NCBI GenBank assembly: GCA_038087875.1
Contig: CM076000.1
Span: 2,294,001 to 2,358,000 of the forward strand
From: Malacoraja senta
Lineage: Eukaryota
DNA length: 64,000 bases
Direction of reading: 5' to 3'
Shown here: piece by piece, positions 49,501 to 60,689 of the stretch
Position numbering within the stretch: the stretch's first letter is position 1
Layout: every line of letters starts with the position of its first letter
The notes under the pieces: generated by a model
What the model saw: the letters and a program-made list of their open reading frames with translations, nothing else
Databases searched by the model: none
What the model was told of the DNA's origin: nothing
Position numbers and translations under genes: made by a program

Positions 49501-51415
49501 ATGGGTACTGAATAGTAGGCATCTTTTAGATCAATGCTTGCCATAAAGTATCCTTTGGAAATCAGTTGTTTAGCAGTTACAAATGTTTCCATTTTGAAAT
49601 GTACATACTTAACAAAGGTATTTAGTGAGGTTAAGTCAATGATGATGCGACATCCACCATCTTTTTTACTTTTGGTAAATATATTTGAGACAAATTCCAA
49701 AGGATCATGTTTGGATTTCTCAATGACACCCTTTGTAAGTAACCTCACCAGTTCTGCTTGAGCCTCTAGTTCTCTTTGACTGAGAGGGTAAAGACCCTTT
49801 GGGTACGTGCTGAACTGGTGGCATGTTTTCGTGAATGAACTCTATTTTGTATCCCCGAATACTGTTAAGTATATAACTATCATTCGTGAGACACCTCCTG
49901 TTAGTACAGTTCCCCATTTACATGCTGGTAGGAACCAAACCCACCTACCTCCATGGTTATGGTAGTGTTCCTTTCTTCCGTTTGTTCATCGGTCGTTATA
50001 CTGCTGGATGTACTGTTGATGTACTGCTGATTGGGGGTGGCGCATTTTCCATGGGGTCCGCTCTGGGCCCTGGCCTAAAAAGGCTTTCGGGGATAGTATG
50101 CGGACCCCGAGCTTTCACCAGTGACATAAATTTGACCTTGACTGGTGGACGCGGTGGGGTACTGCCGTCTGGTTTTTGTGTGGGTCTGCTCGTTCCGGGG
50201 CCTGCCCTCATGAGGCCAAATGCTTTGGACTCCTCCTCCAGGTCTTTCACTTGTCCTTCCTAATAACAGGATCTGCGGCTCTGAGGCCGGTGTTTTACAC
50301 AGTCCTGCAAACCTGGGATTGAGGGCAGGTCTTATTCTCTCCTTGCGGAGGTTATTTATCTCATATTGGGTGTAGCACAGCAGAGCCAGAGTGTCTTGCT
50401 GGTTTGTGGTCATATCCACCCCATCCACGGAACGAGCATAGGCTGTTATCCCTGTCGTCAGGAGCTTGAGGATTTTAGCTCCTGGTTCCGGATACTCTGT
50501 CCCCCCCCCCCCCCAGATTTGGCTGTTAACAGCCGGTACATTGAGCGAACTGCAGTTTTCCAGCTCTAGTGCCTCATTAAGTACCTGTCTTGTAGGGGTT
50601 TGAGGGACAGGTGGTTGATGCTGGCCGCCAGTTTTGGCTCCAATGGCCGCCCTGCTCGTGGTGAAACCACGTAGCGGATCTCCACACCCAGCAGCTCTTC
50701 CTGATCCTGTACCCCAAGCGTACTCCCGACATCTTCAGCCAATGACCCCTCTTCCTGACCAGCCCAGCCCTGGTCGCCAACGCTGCCCTGCTTTGAGGGG
50801 AAAGCGATGGCCAGTGCATTTATAGAGCACTGCTGTGGGAGTGCCTGATCCCCCTGGCGAGACTGCTGTAGCTCCTGAAGCAAGTCTCGCTGGAGCAGTT
50901 GCTCCATGAGCCTTTTCATTCGGCTCAGGCGGCTAGCTCTGCCGCTCTAAGGCGGACCCTCCTCATCGGAGTCAGACATAACCGGCCGGTTTGTTTGTTT
51001 GTTTGTTTGCTTAAACTTTTCTTCCAGCCCGCTGCCGCTCATCAGGCTGCGCTAGCGGGACTGGGCTCGGCTCGGTCTCGATGAGGGTGGACCGCAGCAT
51101 ATGCGGTCCAGGTGCCGCCTCTCGCCCCCCACTGATGGAACACTCCCGTTCTGTTGGAGTCGAACGGGGGGCGGTTTTCTTCCTTTGCCGTGCTGCTCCT
51201 GTTCCCAGTTCCTCTGGAATAGAGAGCAGAGCACAGCTTGCGGATTACGACCTCAGTGTAAGACTTACCTGATGGTCCGCTGTTTAGTTTTCACCGACGT
51301 GTAGCGGGAGCGCCTGTACTCCCGGTCGTCGCTGTTGCACTGCGTGAACGCTAATGTCGCGCATGCGTGCTGGACGGGGTCTTCACGAAGTCACTCACGT
51401 GACTCCGAAGTAAAA
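46585..51415 (-). mobile_element. Second DIRS1-type retrotransposon (different subfamily), full termini, coding regions degenerate
   Basis: 5' terminus 51380-51415 and 3' terminus 46585-46662 are exact complements of the ICR (46810-46921). ITR 46663-46692 matches 51354-51383. Remnants of gag (~50040-51084), RT (KKDGGCRIIIDL, YLDD at ~49330-49341), RNaseH/MT and YR (HSTRAASTS, ~47085-48080). Confidence 0.95.
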
Positions 51416-53259
51416 TCCTGACCGCTGATGCAGTCTGCAAGGAGTTTGCAGTTCATCCTTTGATGAGGGAGGTACAGTGAAAAGCTTTTTTGTTGCATGC
51501 TGTCCAGTGAGCGGACAGACTATACATGATTACAATCAAGCTGTCCACAGTGTACAGACACGGGATAATGGAAATCACGTTTAGTGCAAGATAAAATCCA
51601 GTAAAGTCCGATTAAAGAGTCTGAGGGCCTCTAATTAGGTAGACGGTAGGCCAAGACTGCTCCCTAGTTAAGGTGATATTTGCAAAATGCTGGATTAACT
51701 CAGCAGGTCAAGTAGCATCCCTGGAGAAAACAAATAGGTGATGTTTCGGGTCGGAATCCTTCTTCAGACACATCTCTAGTTAGGATGGTTCCGTTACCTG
51801 ATAACAGCTGGTAAGAAATTGTCCCTGAATCTGGAGGTATGCATTTTCACAATTCTGTACCTTTTGCCTGATGGGAGACGAGAGAAGACGGGGTGACCGG
51901 GGCGAGATTCACCCTTGATTATGCTGGCGGCCTTGCCGAGGCAGAGTGTAAGGGAAGGAGATAGGATGTATGAAATTGCCATGTTTCGATTATAAAGGCA
52001 TTATTACGCCACTTCTTTAAGAGAACATCTCCGCTTTAATTCTATTATTGAAACTGAAATAAAGCCGACTTGAATGTTCTTTCTCTGATTCTACTTGCAC
52101 CTGTATTACCTACCAAAATAATGTGTTTCCTATTTCTGGTTAGGGAACTGCATTGTAACTTTAATTACATTCTGACAAAAAAAATCCACTCATAATCTTC
52201 CCAATAATAATGTCACCAGGTGCTTGTGGTGTAATCTAGTTACCTTTTAGTTTCAGTTCTAAACTCGCACGTCTCCTCGGCTGAAACAGAATATGATATT
52301 CAGTCAACAATCTCAAACAGAATAGCATGTCTGGAAATCTCAGATTACCTACTATAGAGTTCTGATGACGGATAAGTTATTTTGCATATAAAAATAACAC
52401 AAGGACCTTTTTCTTGTCTGTCAGAACACATGGAAAACTCTCTGGTGTGAAGAAGGATCCTGACCTGAAACGCCACCTGTCCATTCCCTCCACAGATGCT
52501 GCCTGACCCGCTGAGTTCCTCCAGCACTTTAGTTTAGTTTAGTTTATTATTGTCACGTGTACTGAGGTATAGTAAAAAGCTTTTTGTGGCGTGCTTTCCA
52601 GTCAGCGAAAAGACTATACAATATTCCAATCAAGCCGTCCACTGTGTACAGATACAGGATAAAGGGAATAATATTTAGTGCAACCATAATCTTATTCCAG
52701 CTCATACCTCCACACTTCCAGATTCAGGGACGGTTTCTTCCCAGCTGTTATCAGGCAAGTGAACAGTTTTCTCATATGCTAGAGTGTGGTTCTGACTTCC
52801 CATCTACTCAATGGAGACCTTTGAACTATCTTTAATCAGACTTTATCAGACTTCAATGTTATATCTTTGCACTAAATGTTGTACCCTTTATCCTTTTTCT
52901 GTAAACTGTGGATGGCTTGATTGAATTCATGTATTGACTTTTCTTTTACCGGATAGCACGCAAACAAAAGCTTTTCACTGTGCCTCTGTCACTATACCGC
53001 ATGACAATAATAAACTAAACTAAATTAAACTAAATTAAATGATGGAGCAGATGAGTGGTCACAGTTTGGATCAGCCATGATGTCACCTAATGGCAAAGCA
53101 AGCTAAAGGGATTGATTCATCTTCTGTTTCAAGTATTCTTATGGAGAGCAGTGAAAAAGTCGACTGGTCTCTCCCCCACTCTGATCCCAGCTCAATCAAG
53201 TTGGGAAGCTCCTTAGAAATGGAAGTTATCAGTGAACAGGTGTCTACCAGCTGTTGATT

Positions 53260-53560
53260 GGTAGAGCAGCTGGTAGAGCCGCTGCCTCACAGCTCCAGAG
53301 ACCCGGGTTCGATCCTGCCTTCAGGTGCTGTCCGTGTGGAGTTTACACATTCTTCCTGTGACTGCGTAGGTTTCCTTCGGGTGCTCCGGTTTCATCCCAC
53401 AAGGACGTGTAGGTTAATTGGCCTCTGTAAAATTGTCCCTGGTGTGTCGCGAATGGATGCGAAAGTGGGATAACATAGAACTGGTTTGAACAGGTGATCA
53501 ATGGTCAGCATGGACTCGGTGGTCTGAAGGGCCTGTTTCCATTCAGTATCTCTAAACTAA
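53260..53560 (+). mobile_element. V-SINE, older subfamily
   Basis: B box gggttcgatcc, V-domain-like core and tail. Confidence 0.8.
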
Positions 53561-54091
53561 AAAAAGAATAATCAGTTGCTTTTATCTCAGGACTAGCATC
53601 TTCCATGTTTATAACTGCAGCTTAATTCACCAACCACTCACCCTAGCATTAACCAACTTCCAGTATTTCTGCAATTAAGGCCAAAATTCCATTTGCCTTT
53701 CAAAATGATATACTGCACATGCGTACTAGGGTGATTCTTCAGTAACTGTCTACTCTGGTGTCCCGCTACTTTGATGCTGTATATAAGGAAGATCAGTAAT
53801 TCTATCCTATTTCTTCTTTTTCTATATTGTTAATAAACATAATCCTCATAAATAAAGATTAAACCCTAAATGAATAAAGTGTTATTATATTTTTTCCCTG
53901 ATATTCGATGCCACGGGTGGGGTGGGGGGGGGGGGGGCGGAGGGCATCGAACATCGAAAAAACTACCTTTCTGTGTTTCATGCGGATTCCAGGATCACTA
54001 TGCACTGTGTGGCAGTCTAGCATTCTGTTTTTTCTCCCCATTTAAACTATATTTTGCCAAAGGCCTGACTTTTAGTCAAGCGATATGTATA

Positions 54092-54830
54092 TTGATACGA
54101 TACGATAAAACTTTATTCTGCCGACAGTCACAACACACAACAAGGTACATAAAAACTTGAAATTAAAAGTGGAAAAAGAAAGAAAAGGACAAGTGACTAT
54201 TGGCTGGCTGCCGTGTGCACAGCGCGTTCACCTGAACAAATGAGCAAACAAAGAAAACAAACAAAAAACACAGACTTATCCCCTGGGCAGAGGATTCTAA
54301 ACTAGAGTGACCCCACCCCCTCCCCCACACCAGGTCCCTCTTTGTTCTCCCACCATCCCTCACAGTGGTCCCCCCACACCGGATCCGCCATTGTCTTCCC
54401 CGCCCTCCCCCCTCACATTCCACCGCCATTGAGGTTCCCATTACCACTGGGGCTCCTGCTCCCGCCGAGGTTCCCGTGGCCGCCAAGGCCCCACCACCGT
54501 CAAGGCTCCCGTTGCTGTCGAGGCTCAAGCTGCCGCCGAGTCTCCCGCTGCCACTGCCGAGGCCCCCATCGCCGCCGCCGCTGAGGCTCCTCCGACCCAG
54601 GCATGCCTCACTGCCCGGCATCTCCGCAGTCCCCTGGGAGGCCCGTTCCGGTCGTCGGCGCCGCGATTCTTCAGCGGGTGGATCAGGCCCACGTGGCTCC
54701 CCAGGACACCCCCGCCATGCGCACAGCTCCCCGGGATACAGATGAAGTGTCATCTCATCAGAAACAAAGCCAGCACGATCTTACAACTGAGAAACAAGAA
54801 CCACTCTGTTGACAAAAATAACACGGGAAT
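54092..54830 (-). mobile_element. GC-rich non-autonomous retroelement-like repeat (family 3)
   Basis: Minus-strand AATAAA plus (tatcg)n tail at ~54093-54117, and a GC/CpG-rich body with (gcc)n. Layout resembles 31391-32166. Confidence 0.5.
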
Positions 54831-55754
54831 TGTAGAAACTAGGATTTTGTTTAAATTTTGTCAATGAAATCTTTGTTCAATCACATCTGAGTCTAGATCC
54901 AAAGGTACTGAAGTCAAAGCACACAATAACATTTGAAAACTGCAATAAAAAGGAATTGCAGGTGCTGGTTTATACCAAAGATAGTTAAAACCAGTTGTCA
55001 GAAAATAGGTGGTAGGCCTGTAATACCGTACATGAATACAATTAAGCCAAGCACAAGCCCAATCAGCTGATCCAAGTTATACTAAAGTAAAGCACAAAGG
55101 ACTGGAAGAACTCCGTGAGTAAGGCAGCATCTGTGGAGGAAGTAGACAAATGACATTTTGGACTATGACCATTCTTCAGGAACTGTCCATTCCCTCTCCT
55201 CATGATGCCTGACTCACTGAGTTCCTCCAGCACATTGTCTTTTGCTCAAGATTTCAGCATCTGCATTTTCTTGTGTATCCAAGCTATACTGATGGGCTCA
55301 ACTCGAGGTTTTACCATGTCTGGTTTTGCCCAGGTTCTCTGGTTTCTTCCCACATCCCAAAGATGTGCAGGTTTGTTGGTCAATTTGCCTCTGTAAATTG
55401 CCCCTAGTGTGTAGGGTGTGGATGGGAAAGTGGGATAACACAGAAGTACTGTGAATGGGTAAAGGATCCCATCCCAAAACATCACCTATCCATGTCCTCC
55501 AGAGAGGTTGCCTGACCTGCTGAGTTACTCCAGCACTTAATATTCTTTGGAATGGATGACCGATTATCAACATGCATTTGGTTGACTGAAGGGCCTGTTT
55601 CCATGCTGCATCTTTCAATTAGGTCAAACACATATATATACCTGCTTAGCTCACTGGATGTTAAATGTCAGTTCAATGTTAATGTTAACCAAGACTGAAA
55701 AACTGGTTGGTTTTGAGCCAAAATCTAAAAAATTTAATCTGACAATATGACCTT

Positions 55755-56111
55755 GGGCAGCATGGTGGTGCACCAGTAGAGTTGCTGCCTTACAGCACCA
55801 GATACCCAGGTTCCATCCTGACTACGGGTGCCTTATGTACGGAGTTTTACGTTCTCCACGTGACCGCATAGTTTTTCCCTGGGTGCTCCGTTTCCTGCCA
55901 CACTACAAAGACTTGCGGGATTATTGGTTAATTGGCTCAGTGAAAATTTGTAAATTGTCCCTAATGGGTAGGATGGTGTTAGTGTACGGGGATTGCTGGT
56001 CGGCGTAGACTCGGTGGGTCAAAGGGCCTGTTTCCACTCTGTATCTCTAAACTAAACTAAATTAAACTAAACTACTAAACTAAACTAAATGAAACTAAAC
56101 TAAACTAAACT
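55755..56111 (+). mobile_element. HE1-like V-SINE with long (ctaaa)n tail
   Basis: SINE consensus. Confidence 0.85.
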
Positions 56112-57208
56112 ATGAAGGTGACCATTAGATTTAACCTTTGCACCAATTGCAGTTACAATACAACTGTGGTAAAGCTGCTAGATTGTGAGATTCTCCATTC
56201 AGCAATATGTTGGTTCCATTTATTTTATGTGAGAAGTTTGCGTCTCTATATACAGTTTTGTGTCATTCGCAATACTAAATTGTCTCCCGTCGTGGATGTA
56301 TAGTGTGACAGGGATCCTCAGTTCCACTGACAGGAAGCGCTAAAAGATTAACAATATTTGCTTCTCTATGCCTCGCCGCTAATGGATTACTTTGTGCTCT
56401 ATAATAAATCATTGTTGCTATGTAGGTTGTGCTTAGAGAAAAACTGATTTCAGCACTTCTGTGCTGAGCTATTTTCAGTGCACTAAATGGGATTAAAGAT
56501 CACAAAGGAACGAGCCAATGTTAACATTAAACCATGTACTTGAATGGGTTCTGACCATAAACCTTTATTCATTTAGTTGGCAGGAATAAATTTATCCTTC
56601 ACCATGCAAAGTGTGTTTAATTTTGGTTGAAGTGCTGCATACCATCTATAATTGAAGAAATAATTCAAATTATATGTACAATAACATTTGTGCATTGCAT
56701 AAATTCCTCCCTGTGTCCTCCCTATGAAAAAAGCTGATGATATATAGGGAAAACAGCCACTATATCATAGTTAAGGACTAAAAGGTTCAATATCAGACAA
56801 ACAAGATTAACGGGGCACCAGTTTATGAACCAGATGTTGTATCACATCTCTGTTTGTTATTAAATAAGATTAGTTCATATGGAGTTTGGTAATTATACCT
56901 CCACTGGCAGAATCTGCTGTATCTGGAACGCAAAAATGTCAAGTAATAAGCATGTTTATTGCTGATGATTTCTGGCTGCATGCATTAAGAATTTGAGTAT
57001 AAATATATGTTGATTTTTTTTCTTCAGCTGTTGAAATAAAGTGTCTACTTATGAAAACAATTATTACAATGGCGGCACTGGGGGACTGGTTGTTGTTCTG
57101 GCAATGGTCTAGAACTGTGCTCCTTCAAAGAGCTGCACCACTCACCCAGCCAAAGCTTGCACCATAGACTCTGGAAGAAATAGTCAGTCACAGTAGTCGG
57201 ACTTTAGC

Positions 57209-57492
57209 TTAGTTTAGTTTAGTAGAGAGATACAGCGTGGAAACAGGCCCTTCGGCCCACCAAATCCATACTGACCAGCGATCCCCGTGCACTAGCACTA
57301 TCTTACAAACTAGCCAATTAACCTCCAAACCTGTACGCCTTTGGAGTGTGGGAGGAAACCAGAGCATCCGGAGGAAACTCATACAGTCAAAGTGAGAACG
57401 TACAAACTCTGCATACACAGCACCAGTAGTCAGGATTGAACCTGGGTCTCTGGCACTGTAAGGCAGTAACACGACCGCTGTGCCACTGTGCT
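57209..57492 (-). mobile_element. HE1-like V-SINE
   Basis: Reverse complement of the SINE consensus. Confidence 0.82.
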
Positions 57493-57819
57493 GTATGTAC
57501 TAATTATTTATTTTCTAAATTCATTCATACCATTGAGGGTCCAGATGTGAATCCTGGCCTGAAACTCTGAGAGGAGAACCAACTCCTCCCATTCCCCATC
57601 TCCTTAATTTCCTTCTTCTGGCTTCACAACTCTTTGAAACGTTTGCAACTCTTCAATCTGCCTGTCACACACCTTTTAGTCTCATCTCTGGCCTTTGTTC
57701 CAAACATCTGCCTATCAAGAACTACTCTCGCCTGTGTCCACTTTCACCTGCCATGCTTTGTCCTGCCTCTCCTCTCTCCCAGCAGTCAGTGACATGGCCT
57801 TGTTTGACAATGTATGGAA

Positions 57820-58190
57820 TCGTACAGTACAGAAACAGGCCCTTCGGCCTAACTTATCCATGCCAACCAAGTTACCTACCTGAGTCAATCCCATTTGCCT
57901 GTAAAAGGCCCATATCGCTCTGAACCATTCCTATCTATGTACCCGCTCAAATGTCTTTTAAAACATTGCAATTGCACCCACCTCTACAACCTCCTTTAAC
58001 AGCACGTCCCATATACCCACAACCCTCTGTATGAAAATGCTGCCCCTCAGGTTCCTTTTAAATCTTTTCGCTCTCACAGGGTAAAGGACCTGACCATCCT
58101 AAGTTCCACGTGATTTTATATCTGTCTATAAAGGCATTCCTCAGACTTCTACACCCCAGGGAAACACACCCTAGCCTATCTAATCTCTCC
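57820..58190 (-). mobile_element. Degenerate CR1 3' fragment
   Basis: Reverse-complement similarity to 44950-45330. Confidence 0.65.
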
Positions 58191-58786
58191 TTTGCTGTCT
58201 TTGCTGAGATTCTTTCTCATGTAGACATCAGGTATTTTTACTGCATTACAGGCACCACATAAACATAATTGGTTGTGTTGTTGCTGCAGATACAGTATCT
58301 GTCCAGAATTGGCCTCACCGTCTGTTCCATAAACTGGCAGCATTCCCTGTGATCAGGAGTGTACATTTACTGCAGGGTCTGTAACAATGAGATGTAATCA
58401 CACTGCAGGAGACTGCTTCAACGCTTTGTAATTATACACGGTAGGAATGCACAGAGCAGGACAAGACATCAGTGTTCAGCAGCTGATGCCGTTTATAACA
58501 TTGATCTATCATCATGGGGTGTGGGTACACACCAAGAATTGGACGCTGGAGCTGGCAAGAGTGAGGTTTAGGGATGAGAAAGGTAAATGGTCATGCAGCA
58601 AGGTGGGCATGCAGCGTGACAGGGACCATGCACTGATGGACAATCACGTGAAAGACAATTGCAGCCCAACATTTCCCCACTCGCCTCACTGCCTTCCTTT
58701 CAGTTCTCCTGGTCCAAACAACTTCAAATAAACAGCTTGTAGGCTTTAATTCTTTTGCGCCTCAGCGTTTATTTTTGCTGTACTAT

Positions 58787-59245
58787 CTCACCCTGACCTT
58801 GACCCCTGCCACCCTGCTGACCTGTTAACTCACCCTGACCTTGACCCCAGTCACCTCATCCTGACCTTGACCCCTGTCACCTCATCCTGACCTTGACCCC
58901 TGTCACCTCATCCTGACCTTGACCCCTGTCACCTCATCCGGACCTTGACCCCTGTCACCTCACCCTGTCCTTCACCCTGTCACCTCTCCACTCTGACCCT
59001 GCAACTACACTACTGACCCTGACCCCTGTCACCTCACCCTGACTGCCGCACCTCTCCACTCTGTCCTGTTCTGTACTATTGATCCTGACCCTGCTTCTAC
59101 TTTAGTGTCTCTGACCCCTGTCACCTTTCCACTCTGACCCTGCTCCCGTACTACTGACCTTGACCCCAGTTACCTCTCCACTCCGACCCTGTTCCTTTCC
59201 TACTGATCCTGACTTCTGTCACCTCTCCACTCTAAGCCTGCTCAC
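58787..59245. repeat. C-rich minisatellite (26-bp unit cctgaccttgacccctgtcacctcat, decaying into a longer variant)
   Basis: Near-perfect tandem copies at 58860-58965 with degenerate flanking copies. Confidence 0.9.
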
Positions 59246-59274
59246 TTTCACAGCTCGGTTCCTGTAATCAATCA

Positions 59275-59552
59275 GAATTAAAGGATGTTCTTTTAGGAAG
59301 GAGATGAGGAGAAATTTCTTTAGTCAGAGGGTGGTGAATCTGTGGAATTCTTTGCCACAGAAGGCTGGTGAGGCCGTCAGTGGATATTTTTAAGGCAGAG
59401 ATTGATAGAATCTTGATTTGCACAGGTGGCAGAGGTTATGTGGAGAAGGCAGGAGAATGGGGTTAGGAGGGAGAGATAGATCACCAATGATTGAATGGCG
59501 GAGTGGACTTGATGGGTCGAATGGCCCAATTCTACTCCTATCACTTATGACC
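59275..59552 (+). mobile_element. CR1 LINE 3' fragment
   Basis: Same family as 9480-9820. Confidence 0.78.
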
Positions 59553-59800
59553 TCAATATATAAAACTTTTATTGTGCAATGGAACTGTTGGGGAGAAAGA
59601 AAAAAGTTTTTGGAAGAAGTGTGAAAGGAAGTTTAGTGAGAAGCCATGAAAATGCTCTCGAGGATCAGAGGCCAGTACGGGAATAAGGAAGTGCTCATAA
59701 GGTACTTGCAAGATTTAGGTTTAGGTTTAGATTGATTATTGTCACATGTAACAAGGTACAGTGAAAAGCTTTGTTTTGCATGCTATCCAAAGATCACTTA

Positions 59801-60655
59801 CAGTGCATTCAGAAAGTATACAGACCCCTTCACTTTTCCACATTTTGTTTCATTACAGCCTTATTCTAAATTGGATTAAATTCATTTTTTTTTATCATCA
59901 ATCTACACACAATACCCCATAATAAAAAAACACAAACAGGTGTTTAGAAATGTTTGCAAAGTAATTAAAAATAAATAACTGAAATATTACATTTACAGTA
60001 GGAATCAGACCCTTTACTCAGTTCTTTGTTGAGACACCTTTGGCAGCGATTACAGCCTCAAGTCTCCTTGGGTATGATGCTACAAGCTTGGCACACCTGT
60101 ATTTGGGTAATTTCTCCCATTCTTCTCTGCAGATCCTGTCAAGCTCTGTCAGGTTGGATGGGGAGCATCGATGCACAGCTATTTTCAGGTCCCTCCAGAG
60201 ATGTTCGATCAGGTTCAAGTCCGGGCTCTGGCTGGGCCATTCAAGGATATCCACAGACTTCTCACGAAGCCATTCCTGTGCTGTCTTGGCTTAGGTTCAT
60301 TGTCCTGTTGGAATGTGAACCTCCGACCCAGTCTGAGGTCCTGAATGCTCTGGAGCAGGTTTTCATCTAGGATCTCTCTGTACTTTGCTCTGTTCATCTT
60401 TCCCTCGATCCTCACTAGTCTCCCAGTTCCTGCCGCTGAAAAACATCCTCACAACATGATGCTGCCACCACCATGCTTCACCGTAGGTATGTGATGAGCA
60501 GTGCCTGGTTTCCTCTGGCGCTTGGCATTCAGGCCAAAGCTTTCAATCTTGGTTTCATCAGACCAGAGAATCTTGTTCAGTTGCCTTTTGGCAAACTCCA
60601 AGCGGGCTGTCATGTGCCTTTTACTGAGGAGTGGCTTTCGTCTGGCCACTATACA
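59801..60655 (-). mobile_element. Tc1-like DNA transposon, 3' half (one IR/DR-type TIR and degenerate DDE transposase)
   Basis: TA|CAGTGCATTCAGAAAGTATACAGACCCCTT terminus with an inner repeat at ~59994-60013. Catalytic motifs [30 protein letters not shown]. Stop at 60018. Confidence 0.92.
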
Positions 60656-60689
60656 GAGCCAGGACTCACCGTGAGTGTAGGGCCAACAA

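Noticed and set aside
54163..54753. 196-aa and 126-aa Gly/Pro-rich ORFs
   Set aside because: Low-complexity products of a GC-rich repeat, open on both strands, with no recognisable domain.
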